Shown: piece after piece, positions 25,261 to 38,243 of the stretch
Layout: each line of letters begins with the position of its first letter
Position numbering within the stretch: position 1 is the first letter of the stretch
Source: Callorhinchus milii
Lineage: Eukaryota
Direction: 5' to 3'
Length of the DNA stretch: 64,000 nucleotides
Assembly (NCBI RefSeq): GCF_018977255.1
Contig: NW_024704743.1
Coordinates: forward strand, 70,062,001 to 70,126,000
Notes under the pieces: generated by a model
Databases searched by the model: none
What the model was told of the DNA's origin: nothing
Seen by the model: only the letters and a program-made list of their open reading frames with translations
Position numbers and translations under genes: made by a program

Positions 25261-25962
25261 GAATACACACTAACTATACTTACCCTATCCTGGCGGATTT
25301 GAAAAAGACGCCAGTTTAAATGCTTGCAGATAGCAAGAGAAAATGAAAACTGAGGGAGGTTTTTTATTTGCCTTGTTAAAATTGTATTCCCTCCCAATAC
25401 CTAAAGAGTAGTTATTGGGAACGAACACACAGTACAACAGGGCAAATAAGAAACCACTGGATGAAACATTGAGAAACTGAACAACAGGAGATAAATTTCA
25501 AGAAAATAGTTATAAATATGGCAGTAGATGGAGAACATGGAGAGTATTAAATTCAGTGATCTAACTCAGGACACTTCAATATCCTTGGTCTTAGAAATGT
25601 GATGTACTGTACAGAACTATGTGATCCCTAAAATGTTCTGTCCCACTTCTCATGAGAGGAAAAAGGATGGGCCTAAACCTAGCTCACAGAAGACAGATAA
25701 GGAAACCCCACTGTGATCAGATATCCATTGTTAAACCCCTCCAAATAATTTTATGATGTTCTGGAGGATGCAATCGGATGGGCTGAAAGGGCTGAAAATC
25801 CAAATCAATCGTGTGATCTTGTGATTTAAAAGTTCAGGCCTTAGTCAAAGACTTGCAGAGGGTCTTTGTTGGGGGAGTTTGGTCAAAATGAGGGGAGTAT
25901 TAAGCAGATCCCTCATGGGTTTGTACTGGGACCTCTCCTGTTCCTCATATATATTAATATAT

Positions 25963-26290
25963 GTGGAGTCCTGTAGCTCAGTGGTTAGAGCACTCGCTTT
26001 GCAAGCGAGAGACCTGAGTTCAATTCCTGGCAGGGCGAAACCTTGGGCAAGTTTCCTTACTCCACACGCCTAATAATAATCCCTCCAAAACAAAAAACAA
26101 TAATAAAAAAAAATTGGTCATTTTCAATCTACGACTGTTTGTGGGACATTGCTGTGCGCAATTGGCTGCCGCGTTCGCCCACAAATATAGTCAATTCACT
26201 TTACAGTGTGTTCTGTGAAGCGCTTTGGGACGTCCTTCCGACGTGAAAAGCGCTATATCAAATGCAAGGATTATTATTATTATTATTATA
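25963..26290 (+). mobile_element. Full-length SINE (short variant)
   Basis: Same structure as 5244-5563; inserted in CR1. Confidence 0.92.
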
Positions 26291-26345
26291 ATGATCTGGA
26301 TTTGCAGACCCATTGTAAAACAGTTAACTTTGCATATACACCATG

Positions 26346-26600
26346 TAATAATAATAATCCTTGAATTTGATATAGTGCCTTATCACGTCGTTGAGATGTC
26401 TCAAAGTGCTTCACAAATATATTGTAAAGTGGATTGACCGTATATTTTGTGAGCGAAATGCGGCAGACAATTGCACACATCAGTGTCCCACAAACAGTGA
26501 CCGAGTGACCAATTTTCTTTTTGAAGGGATTATTACCCCTGGAAAGCGATCTACCAATCGACTGACAACCGGGTTCCCACTTACTGCTTGGTAAACAGAG
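26346..26600 (-). mobile_element. 5'-truncated SINE (long variant), tail-to-tail with the previous SINE
   Basis: Reverse tail (TAA)n-tccttg and long-variant internal segment. Confidence 0.85.
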
Positions 26601-27434
26601 TGAATATGTAGGGGTAACTATACAATCAAAGGAGGCAGCAAAGGTGATATAAAGAAAGCTTTGTTGGGTAGGCACACGGGGTGATAATTGGCAAATTAAT
26701 TGTATTACTGATAAATGCAAGGTACTACATATAGGATGCAAAAATAGGAAGCACAAATACTCCACCAATGGGATATAACTTGGCAAGGGGGAAGCTGAAA
26801 GAGATGTAGGGGTGTTAGTTGACATATTGCTCACTATCTCAAAAGTTGTTTGATGAAAAAGCAGTAAGATACAGGGGTAGAGGAAAATAGGATTGAAAGA
26901 ATTGCTCTTAAAGAGCCAGCACAGACAAATTGGGCTGAATGGTTTTCTTCTGTGCTATAAATTTATATGGTTGTAAAACAGTGTGAAGCAGCAATAAACA
27001 AGACAAACAGGATGCTGGGGTATATTGCTAAATCAATTGAGTTTAGATCTCCAGACGTCATACTCAAGTTGTATGGTCAGACCACAACTAGAGTATAGCA
27101 TGCAGTTCTGGTCACTGTGACACAAGGGCGCTCCCCAAGTGCTAGAGAAAGTGCAGAGCAGAGCAACAAGGACAATCCCACGGTAGGGATAGTGTACAGG
27201 AAGAAGAGATCAGATGGGCCAAAGGACCTTCTTCAACCAAACGAGTCCTGTGACTTAAATGTTCGGGCCTTAGTCAAAAACTTGAATTGCATGGCAACTT
27301 CTAAAGGAATGTTTAGAAACTTTAAAATATTTATTTTTAGCTAAACAGAAAATTCCATAAAAAAGTAGTCCTTGCATTTTAATTCAAGCATTTATCTAGG
27401 CAAGAATTTATTTTACTATAAATGTAGTATTATC

Positions 27435-27962
27435 ACATTTAGGTTCAACTATGCTAACTCCCTGCTTGTTGGCCTCCCCAACTCTTCTCTCCATAAGCTG
27501 CGGATCATCCAGAACTCTGCAGCTCGAGTCCTCTCCCGCACGAGATTCCGTGACCCTATCAACCCCACCCTCGTGCAACTCCACTGGCTCCCCATTCTCC
27601 AGAGGATAGAATTCAAAATCTTCGTCCTCGCCTTCAAAACTCTCCACGGCCTTTCCCCCTCCCTACCTCTGTGACCTGCTAATCCCACGTCAACCTGTTC
27701 GCTCCCTCTGCTCAACAGGCTCTGGTCTGCTCTATGTCCCCCGTCCAGCCCGCCATACCATCTTTGCCTTGCTCCCTCCCTTGCCTCCTTCAATGCACCT
27801 TCCTCTTTGATTGCGCCTACAGCATCCTCCTGTCCCTACCCTCCCTGCCTCAACCCCCCCCGATCCCAAACCCCAGCTCAGGTCCAAATCCCCGACTGTC
27901 TAGCTCCTTGGGACATCCTCCTAATGTGAAAGGCACTGTACAAATGTAATTTGCTTTTGTTG
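27435..27962 (+). mobile_element. L2 3' fragment
   Basis: IQNSAARVL...LHWLPILQRIEFKI and L2-type tail. Confidence 0.9.
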
Positions 27963-30094
27963 TATTTCAACGGATTGGGAAATTATTTTCATGATCCCGA
28001 ATATTCACTACAGTGCTCAGATTTTTCAGAATGACATCAGTGTTACAAATTGAGCTCCATTAGGTCATCGGATGTTCCTTGAACATTTTTTTTTATTGTT
28101 TCACGTTTTTTATTTTAGTAAACCCTCAAAACAGTCAATTTATCAAAGTAGAGAGGAGTTGCTTTGTATCCAAAGCAGCAACCACCACAGATTTGCAGCA
28201 TTGCATCACACCTTATTCCACCTGCTTCTAAACCAGACTCTTCTGGTAACCTGCCAATGCCGCATTATTAATCAGGAAAAATTCCATCAAGCACGAGCCC
28301 ACAACAATCTCTGCTGCCTAATGAAGTCCCATAAATCACAGCTGTAACTCATAATCTTTTTCTTAAGCTTATTTTTGTCTCATTTCTGATAAAAGGGATG
28401 TTGTTCCATCATGACAAATGCTACAAATAACTTGAGCACTAAAATACCTGCACTTTTTTTGATTATACACTAGAATCAGCAATTATGGATGCTGTTGTGT
28501 GACTTCAGCTTCCGAGTTCCAAAGCTGTAACATAAAAACATACCTTTTCATCGAAACAATTACCATTAATCAAACAGTGAGGGAATACCCAGTCAGGCCA
28601 ACCCTACCACCACAGTTGGTAATACATCAAAGTGTCTTTTGTCAAACATGCTAAACACTCTTAAATAGGCTGTCTTGACCCACCCGATCTAATTCGTGTA
28701 AGATGTTACAGAGAAATGCTTTGTAAGTGAAATGCACTTTGCTGTGAGAAAAGAGGCAATGAATAGAGGTCTTAATTCTATTCTATTTGTAGGTTTGTGG
28801 TTTTGTCTTCATACAGTACTACCTGAGAAAACAAGTTTTAAACTATCAAATAAACCAATATTCCCTTGGGTTTTAACTTAACACAACAAATCCAGCTTGT
28901 GAATGTGGTAACTGAAATTCATGACCCTTGAATACAAGTTGGCAAGTCCAAAAAATGGTTGTTGAGCAAAATGCTGGTGAAAAATGGCCTGGTTTGGTTG
29001 CCATGTTTTGGGACAAAACGCCAGGGGAAATGGCCACATGGGATTTTATCATTCATAGGCAGTGGATTCCGTAAACCACAAATCAGAAACCGAGTTACAG
29101 TTATTGCAACAAATCCCATATGCAAATATTGTAAATTAGAACCCAAAGTGGAAATAAAAATCTAGATTAAAAGATGTAGTGTTCATTTGCACTTTTGCAA
29201 TACATTTTGAGGATGAAATGCAAAACACATTGTGAATTTATAGAAGTACTTTTGAAAAGTTACGGTGTTGTTATAATCAGTAGAGAGCTGCCTGTGTACT
29301 GCATGCAAGTTAAAATATGTTCAAAGGGTTTCTATGATTAGTTTTGAGATGGAGTCTACGTGGGCCAATAAAAAGGGATTATTGCAGCTTTGACAATATG
29401 AGAGGAAGAGCTGAAGAAAATTCACAAAAATAAATGGAACTCTTTATGGCGTCAGTTCAGGCTATTTGTATAGACTCTAACATCTGCTGTTTAATACCAG
29501 CTGCTGTGGCTGATTAGAATTACCACAAAGTTGTTTTTATAAAGATGCCTGGGCAATGCCACTGTATTAATGGTTTATTGAGTAAGTGATGAAAACCTTG
29601 GACCAGATGATGCATTTTATTTCAGATAAGGTTTTTTGTGTACGATTACAGGAATTTTCTCAACTCAAAGCATTAGAGAAGAAAAAAAACACGAAAGCTA
29701 ATTTTACCAGCTTTAGTGTTTTTGAACCAACCTTTGAAGGCACTGACCAAATATTAAACTGTGTACCTTGAGTAATTAATCGTGCGTAATTCAAAACTTA
29801 ATACAGAGTGAAACAACCTATTTAAATTAGCTAAAGGATAAATAAATTACTTTATCAACAATATTTTCAGAATAGACCAATGCAGTGTAATGAGCAGGTA
29901 GCAGTACATTTATAATGAAATGCATGAGAAGCCACAGTAGGTTGAAACTGAAAGAACAAAATTACAGCTTGCTATTAACATTGCCATGAGGATATTTTGA
30001 AGTTTTAAATAGTGATTGTGATAAGGTTAAACTAAACATTTAACCCATGCTTCATTAGAATGCTGAAGATTATAATTTAACCAAATAATTCTGT

Positions 30095-30680
30095 TGAATT
30101 TGAGTATCAGACTCAGTGCAAGCTAGTTATATTTGCAGACAAGGTAGTGAAGGAAGAAGCCAAGAATTTAATAGGAGAGAATCACAGATCCTGGACTGAT
30201 CACTGGCAAATGAAATCCAATTTGGACATTTTTAAGTTATTGCATATTAGCAGTGAAAATAAAAGACATTGGTACTATGCGGATGGGATTGAATTTTCAA
30301 GGAGGTCATTGAAAATAAATCACTATTTGCAAACTGTGAGGCAGCAATAAACAAAATAAATAGGATGCTGGGTTACAATCATAAGTAAATGGTATAGTTT
30401 AAGGAATAATAAAGCAAATTCATTGCAATACTTTTCAAAGGAAAAGGACAAGAAGGAACAGGTTTAACATAGCTAAGATCAAGCTTCGGACAGACACTAA
30501 GATGTATGCCTTTACATAGAAGATAATGAACAGATGGAATGGGTTACCAGGAAAAATGGTTGAGGTCAAGCCAGTGGATTAATTTAACATTCAGCTTGAT
30601 GCTGCAATAGGGAAACAGGAGGGTTAATATTCTGGAAAGATGAAATCAAATGGCTAAACGACTTTCATCTGAACTGCTTA
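30095..30680 (+). mobile_element. Old CR1 fragment
   Basis: WTDHWQMKSN and NRMLG remnants plus a CR1-like 3' end. Confidence 0.65.
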
Positions 30681-32064
30681 AGATTTGGTGAACACTTTGC
30701 AATACTGCTGAACCCATGTAAACTCTTTAAAATTATTTATAACCCAAGAGTTTAATGCAATTCATCTGGGTTGCTTGTATAAAAATAATGTATTGTGCTC
30801 CCCGTGAAACAATAAAGGCAGATCATTTTTATAAATAGTGTTATAATGAATAGAACCTTACTGAGTACACTAATTTTATCCTGTCCAATATTAACTAAAT
30901 TTACAGGCAACTCAAACTTGATCACGTGATGCTAATCTAGGTCTATACCCAAATTACCCCAAGCCTTTCTGATGACAAACACCATTTTTGGTTTTACTTT
31001 CCAAAGTAGCTAGATATTTTACAATTTGAAACATTCACTTGAGCCAAACAAAAAGTACCTGACATGTTATTCAACAGAAATAAGGTACACCTGTTAACAC
31101 GATAACAATTCTTCGCAAAAAAATGAAAAACAATTTCATTTGAGGTTTCCTGTTTTTAATAAAAATGTTTGCGGTTTGTCTGTTCAAGGAAAGTTTAACC
31201 ACAGAATTGTCAAAATAAGTAGTTGATTAGCGTAATGTTATTTATTGTGAAATGTTACCTTTGGAATATTGGGTTGTCAAAGTAAATTAACATTGAAGTG
31301 TAAAACAATGTCATGTTTATCGCTCACAATCGCAACAGAATTTAACTCCTTGATATCTAAAAAATTACAACATACTAAAAAATTAGGCAACAATCTGTAA
31401 CAAAGAATTTATAGTATATTCTATGGTGTTTCATCATGTTTTCTTCAAATGTAAAGAAAAATCTTTGTTTTGGTTAAATAATCTGAATATTGTACAGCAA
31501 TATTAACATGACTTGGGCAAAAAAAAATCGCAAGATCGCACTTCCCAATGGTAATCATGGAAACATGGTTAAATATTACAGGCTCATTTGGCTGGTGGAA
31601 CAAATATTTGATGCAAAGACAAACACCTTAAGGAAAATACTCAGAAAATAAATAGCACGTACATGTTGGATAGAGAATAAAAGGAACAGATTGTTTCAAG
31701 CCTTTAACTTCCAAGGAGGTTCACACAACAACAACTTGTATTTATATAGCACCGTTCACATGGGGCAGCATCAGAATCTCAGGATCTCATAAAACAAACT
31801 CCTGTGCAAACCCCTCATTGTCCAGCGTCTTGGGACGTGAAAGGCGCTATATAAATGCAATTTGTTGTTGTTGTTTATCCTGATTACAAACACTTTAGAA
31901 TATGTTGTGTCTTATGTGCGCTTTCTTTTAGTGGAAGGGATTATATATTTTATATTTTAAATGTTGCACTTTAAAATAACAAAAACTGTAAAAGTAAAAT
32001 TCTATAAAATCCTACAATTTGCAAATATATCTTTCAAGTTTTCCAATCTATCCAGGTTTAATAC

Positions 32065-32835
32065 ACTATTGAGGTGTGGAGACACTGACAGGAGCCAATC
32101 AGGAGGGCCTCGTTCTTGCTGACATTCAACTGAAGGAAGTTTGCTCTCATCCAGGACTTGATGTCTGACAGGGAGTCTGTCAGGACAGCAGTGGTCCTGG
32201 AGTCGAAAGTGGAGTCAGAGAGAGAATTGGGTGTCATCCGCATACATGTGGACGTTGACCCGATGTTTGCGGATGATGTCATCAAGAGGGTTCATGTACA
32301 TGTTGAAGAGGAGAGGACCAAGGACAGAGCACTGAGGAACACCGCATGAGACGGTGCGGGGGCTTGAAGAGAAGCCATTTGTGGAGATGGAATCGAGATG
32401 GTGTAAGAGATATGATAACAAGTCAAGGACAGAACCATGAAGGTTGAGGTGAGAGGAGACGCGGTAAAGGAGGATAGAATGGTCAATGCTATCAAAGCCA
32501 GCAAAGAGATCAAGGAGGACAAGGAGGACAAAAGCCCTGGTCACAGATGGACAAAATATCATTTGTCACTTTGATCAAAGTGGTTTCTGTGCTGTGGGCG
32601 GCACGGAAACCGGATTGGGGAGGTTCGAGTAGGGAGTGGCGGGAGAGGAAGGAGCAGAGCTGGGAAGCAATGACTCATTCCAGGTCCTTGGAAAGGAAAG
32701 GGAGGTTGGAGATGGGGTAGTAGTTGGAGAGCAGGGATGAGTCTAGGGAAGGGTTTTTGAGGCTAGGAGTGATGACGGCTGTTTTTAAGGGGGTGGGAAC
32801 AGTGCCAATGGACAGGAAGAGGTTGATGATGTCAT
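32065..32835 (-). mobile_element. L2 RT fragment
   Basis: GVPQCSVLGPLLFNMYM...YADDTQ in ORF 32215..32562. Confidence 0.9.
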
Positions 32836-33458
32836 ACTTCATTTAATTCTTTATTTTATAGTACTCGGTTAACTGTTGAGGAATTTTCCTATATTACAAT
32901 GCTTGTATATACTGCACTCTTCATTCACCCTTATCCTGTGTACAATGCACTCTGCAAAAGCCCATGAATAAATATAAAACCATGATTGGTAAAAAATGGT
33001 AATTAAATTACTGAAGTGAAATCCAGTCATTAACCATGTTTGTGGTAAAATTGAACTTAAGTGTCTGATCAGATATAGTCTGAATTTGGTACAAGATATG
33101 CATGGTTGAGGCTGGGACACAGCTTGAGGCTGCAATAGGAGGATGGATGGATGGGTATTCTGGAAAAATGAGATCAGCTGGGCTGAAGAGCTTACTTTAT
33201 CTTAATCAATCTTGTGATCAAATCCTGATACGAGTTCAAATCTTCTGATCCAAAAGTAAGATTTCTATCAAATGATCCAGACTAACAATTGAATTGGTTG
33301 AGATAATCTAACCTTGAGATGTAATCTTCCAAATACATCTAATTCTCCCTATCTTTCTCGAGGACATTTGCTGATATTGGTGTGAAACATGTGACCCAAG
33401 ACATGTTACTCATATTTAACACAATGTTTAAAATTTCCACAGTTGATAAATAAACACA

Positions 33459-33672
33459 GCACACAAAATATTGCAGATGCTGGAAACCTGAAACAAAAAC
33501 AGAAGTCACTGGGAACACTCAGCACGTCAGGCAGCATCTATGCAGAAAGGAAAGTGAGTCAACGTTTCGGGTCCACGAACAAAGTTCTGATGAAGGGTCG
33601 TGGACCTAAAACATTGACTCACCTTTTTTCTCCATAGATGTTGCCTGACCTGCTGTGTGTTCCCAGCGACTT
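33459..33672. mobile_element. Second copy of the palindromic Penelope-like element
   Basis: Same arms as 8694-8925; perfect 17-bp flanking direct repeat gttgataaataaacaca (33442-33458, 33673-33689). Confidence 0.75.
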
Positions 33673-35394
33673 GTTGATAAATAAACACATCCACCCCTTG
33701 AATTCTCTGACTCCATTAAAATGTTGGGCCTATTGCCAGCTTGTGGTCCCCAGCACTGGAATACTAGTTAACACAATACTGGCTTTATTCAGATTTTTTT
33801 TTAAACTGAGTTAAGTAAGCATCCTTCAAAGTGTCATGAGCCATCAATAGCAATTTATGAGTCTCCTTCGGATGCAACCAATCCAATTGAGTCATGTTGT
33901 CCCACCTGTGGCACCAACTGATTTGATGTCTTTTGCTATTGATAAGGTAGAATTTTCATCAATATGTTAAATAACACATCACAAGTAGCAATTCACTGAT
34001 TTCTACAAGTAAGGTAGGGCAGGACTAACAATAACAAACACCCCGGAACAGGAGATACAGAGATTAGTTGCTAAAAGCACTTCTGCTTTTAAATCAGTAC
34101 AAAGCTTTTAGAGAGAAAATCAATTAATGCAAACAAGTTATTATTTCCACAGTAAAACAGCCAGGGCATAAATCAGATTATTTAAAATTTACTGTTGGTA
34201 TTTTCTTCAATAAATGGCATTAATATTCCTACTTATTATTTAAAGCTGTAAAGTCTATCAATGCACTCATGATTTTGTATACGCAATGCTTCACACACTA
34301 CAGTATTTTTATGCGCAGAAGAATTTAAAAAATTTGATGTGAATACAATTATATTGTATTGCGTACTTCAACTTAATCATGTTTGGGCATGACTTGAAAA
34401 CACATGACACACCTTTCCAAATATTATGGAATAAACTCAATTTAATTTCTGTTTCACTAAATTGATGCGGTGTGCAAGGTTTGCTTACTCATTTTCTATC
34501 ACAAATGTTGCTGAGCAGTTTATTAATGCACTGCGCTAAATAAGAAAACCTGGTTATATGCAGTCAGCTGGGTTAAATCACTAAACAATATTGTTTTAAG
34601 TGAGCCTTAATAAATAATAATGTCACGTTTGGTATAGCCCCTTTCATGTTGGGAGGGCATTCCAAAATGCTTCAGTATGAAGTGTAGTAACTGTATTTTG
34701 TGGGCGAATGTGGCAGCAATGCTGCAGATAATGGTGTCCCACAAACATTTATGAGGTGAATGACCAATTTTACTGCGGGGTTGTTAGCCAGGACGCTGAA
34801 AGAAACCCTTTTCTTTTTGAATAATACCATGGGATCATCATCACCCACTTGAAAAAGCAGACAGGCCTCAGTTTAATGTCTCATCCGAAGGACAGAACCT
34901 CCAACCATTCAGCGTCATCTTAGATTACATGAGTTTCAAATCCCGAGGTGGGGCTTGAATCCTTGAAAAAATAGCCAACCTCTGGGTTACTACTAATATT
35001 TCCTGTGCACCATGTGCACCATATTTTGCACAGGAAACTATGCTTTGTGAAACAACGTCGCCCGTGCTTTCTGCACAGAGCAAGCATGCGGGAAGTCATG
35101 TTAGCAACACGTCTTAGGCATAACACTACAAAAAGCTATCTAAAGTCCCAGAATCAGACTTTTTTTGGTCCAGGAAGCCAGCTAATCAGTGTGTGAAGCC
35201 AACTAATCAGCAGCTGTGTTTATTGCACTTCTGTTTAACTCAGTTCTACTGCTATAAGCAAGGCAAGATTGTCTTGAAAGGCACTGTATTTACAAAAAAA
35301 CAATTGGGAGCTTTTTAAATAGTTTGAACTACTAAAACCGTCCTATGGCTTTTTATGTAAAAGGAGTAGGTGATAAAATTGTAAAATCACTTAC

Positions 35395-35567
35395 ATTCCG
35401 TAAATCTGAGGAGCTATTTCTAGTCGGTTAAGATGCATGTATAGTTCTGCATCATGCTTCTTTAGTAGCAGGTCTTGGATACGATTTACTTTGGAAACTA
35501 TAGCAAGAGATGGTCCTGAATCCTGAGGTCTTGCAAATGGCACAGCCGTAATCATGCCCTCTTTCCC
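35395..35567 (-). CDS. TBC1D5: TBC1D5 coding exon (173 nt)
   Basis: cttttatag|...|gtaagt; GKEGMITAVPFARPQDSGPSLAIVSKVNRIQDLLLKKHDAELYMHLNRLEIAPQIYG(I). Confidence 0.97.
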
Positions 35568-37292
35568 CTATAAAAGAAAATGTAAATCAATCTGACAATG
35601 CAGTCTGCCATTTTTCTAAATTTATAAATTACACAACACGTCATGTAATGTCAATGTGATTCTATCAAATATTTCAGTCTTTCAATCTCTATGGATTGAT
35701 TTTTTTTACTAATATCATAGATGATATCAACGCTTTCATAATTTCAATGAGTAGTCAAAAATTGTACCAAAATTCTGTTAATAACGTGGCCTCCGAGAGA
35801 TTAGATCCAACAGGCAATTGCCCTGTATCGCAATTATTCCTTTGCTCACTATCCTAATATAAAAAGCACAAATTCATTTTAATATCAGATACAATTTATC
35901 TTTAGAAATGACTATGTATCCCTTAGCAATACTCTTTTCTGGGTGTTTGCCTTTCTCTCCTTAAACTATATGGCAGTCTCCATTAAAAAATGTTTTAATA
36001 TGTACATGATTAAAATATGAAGGTTTCAATTTTGCATCAGCTCGTGTGAATTCAAAGAAAAACTGACGTAGAAATTGCTGATAAGTTGAAAGATTTGTTT
36101 CAAGGGCGGTCAGTATTAATTTTGAAGACAACTTATCCTTTTGCTCTTTGAATTGAAAACTGAATGTTCTTGTTTTTCAATACTTCTGTCTAAATGTAAT
36201 CTCTGTGTCAGCCGCTCTAATCGTAAGACCTATTTCTCAAGGTTGCAACATTAATAAGCAAAATCAATGCAATATGCTCTCTTGTAGCAAGGCACTTAAG
36301 GTGTCCAATGACCTCACAAAATATGTGGCTGTACATAAACCCCTGAAAAATGCATTTAAACATACTCTCTAAATATGTCTTTCTAACATGATGGCATACT
36401 TGGCCCGCTTCCTGCAAACACATTTTATCTGAGGACGTGAGACATTGTTTGGGCCCAGAAATACAACACAAATTATGTGCACTTCCGTTTTAAGAATACT
36501 TCCATCAGAAATGAAACTGGATTATGGTTTATTCTAATTAACACATTTAATAGGATTTAATTCCAAAACAGTTAATGTTTGATGTGCATCTATATATATA
36601 TATGTTTTGAAAAAATTAATGCAGCCATTGAGATTCCTGGATAGAAAAATATGAACTAATGGTGTGCAGAAAAGGTAGCACATAGACAGCTCACACAAAG
36701 TCAAAGTAAACAGTGATTTGCTTTTGAGGAACAATTGCCATGTGAAGAAAAAATAATTGATTTTAAACATTTTTGTTATATGATGCATAAATTGGGAAAG
36801 GCCAAACTCTAATCCAGAGTCATCTCCTTTCAGAGTGCTGCAGGTAGCTATTATGCACTTTTAGTTGCCAGACTCAGAATTTCTCATCGCTGAATCTTAT
36901 TAAAGAATCTGGTTAGGAATCGCGACATACTAGAACCCATTGTTAGTTATTGATAGATCTTCCAAATTTGAGGTACAACGACAACAACAAAATTAAATTT
37001 GTAAAGCTCCTTACAAGCTAAGTACTGAACTCTATTTGCCAAGTCTATATTGTAAAGCGTATTAAGATGTTACCCCGCTTGAAGGGCGCTATATGCCCTC
37101 AAGTTGTCGTTGTTATTAAAGCCACAACCATTACAACAATTCTTTAAAATAGCAACTGTTGTTACAATAGTGATAAAGAGGCAGACATAAAGAATGGAAA
37201 TCATTGGAACTTAAAGCTAATTTCATTACTGACTACAATATTATACATTTAAAACAGTTTTGAAAAGGTCACACTATTTTGATTATACATAC

Positions 37293-37362
37293 CCTTCTTA
37301 TTTCTCTTTCAAAGCTTGAAAACCAGGGTTCTGCGGTGTCCATAAGTTGGGAGAACATAGCA
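37293..37362 (-). CDS. TBC1D5: TBC1D5 coding exon (70 nt)
   Basis: ttctcatcag|...|gtatgt; AMFSQLMDTAEPWFSSFEREIRR; follows a 99-nt intron. Confidence 0.96.
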
Positions 37363-37461
37363 CTGATGAGAAAACGGCAAGTTAAAAGAGAATATATTTT
37401 ATCAGGTTATGAAGAAAATCATCTCAATAATAAACAAGGATCTGATGTTCTTTTTACTTAC

Positions 37462-37512
37462 TAGGCATCATGCTCCAAGAATTCAGGGTTGAGGAGAACT
37501 TTCATTTCATCA
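37462..37512 (-). CDS. TBC1D5: TBC1D5 coding exon (51 nt)
   Basis: ttcctcag|...|gtaagt; DEMKVLLNPEFLEHDA(Y). Confidence 0.96.
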
Positions 37513-38154
37513 CTGAGGAAACATCAATTCATAATAAATGCTAAAATATTTTCCTACAGCAAGGCTACATCCAGCCTTGCATATGATGCACCTGTACTAG
37601 TGCTGAAATCTACATCTTCACATAGCTAATACAATATAATTTAGAGAAAGGTCTTTAGATGGGTTTTCGAAGCAGAGAGAGAGTACAAGATGGAAGAAAT
37701 TTGAAAAAAAAATGTTCTAGCAGGTAGCTAAAAGCTAGATTGCCAATGATAAGTAAGGCAGAGTAGTTGAGGACCAGATTTGGCAAAGTGGAGGAAGTGG
37801 CCAGATTGTAAAATATCCCCCATCCTTGCCCGACTCCACTGGCTCCCCATCTCCCAGAGGATCAAGTTCAAGATCATTGTCCTCACCTTTAAAGCCCTCC
37901 ACTTCGGTTATCTTCCCTTCTCTATCCCCTTGTCCTGCACCCCTCTATGATCTCAATCTGCAGCTCGGATGAAAACCCTTGGAATATCCTCCCAACGTGA
38001 AAGGTGCTACATATAAATGCATCTTGTGGTTGTTGTTGTCTGAGCTGGCTTATATTCTACAGTAATTTATTTATGCAACCTATTTCAGGCTATTATGATA
38101 TAAATATAAACTTACAACAAAATGATACTTGTATAGATGAGATTAACAACTTAC

Positions 38155-38243
38155 CTGGGATTTGCTGATTCATTGGCGTGTGAGAAGGCTTGGTGGTCAC
38201 AGTGTAGAATAAAGACAAGAGGAGCCAGCAACTCATGCATACC
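38155..38243 (-). CDS. TBC1D5: TBC1D5 coding exon (89 nt)
   Basis: gttttag|...|gtaagt; GMHELLAPLVFILHCDHQAFSHANESANP(S). Confidence 0.97.

Larger units (their letters stand above)
25856..27255 (+). mobile_element. CR1 LINE fragment with two nested SINEs
   Basis: GPLLFLIYI/NDLDL, DKCKVLHIG, ERDVGVLVD, KTNRMLGYI remnants and a CR1 3' end (gatgggccaaaggacc). Confidence 0.8.
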
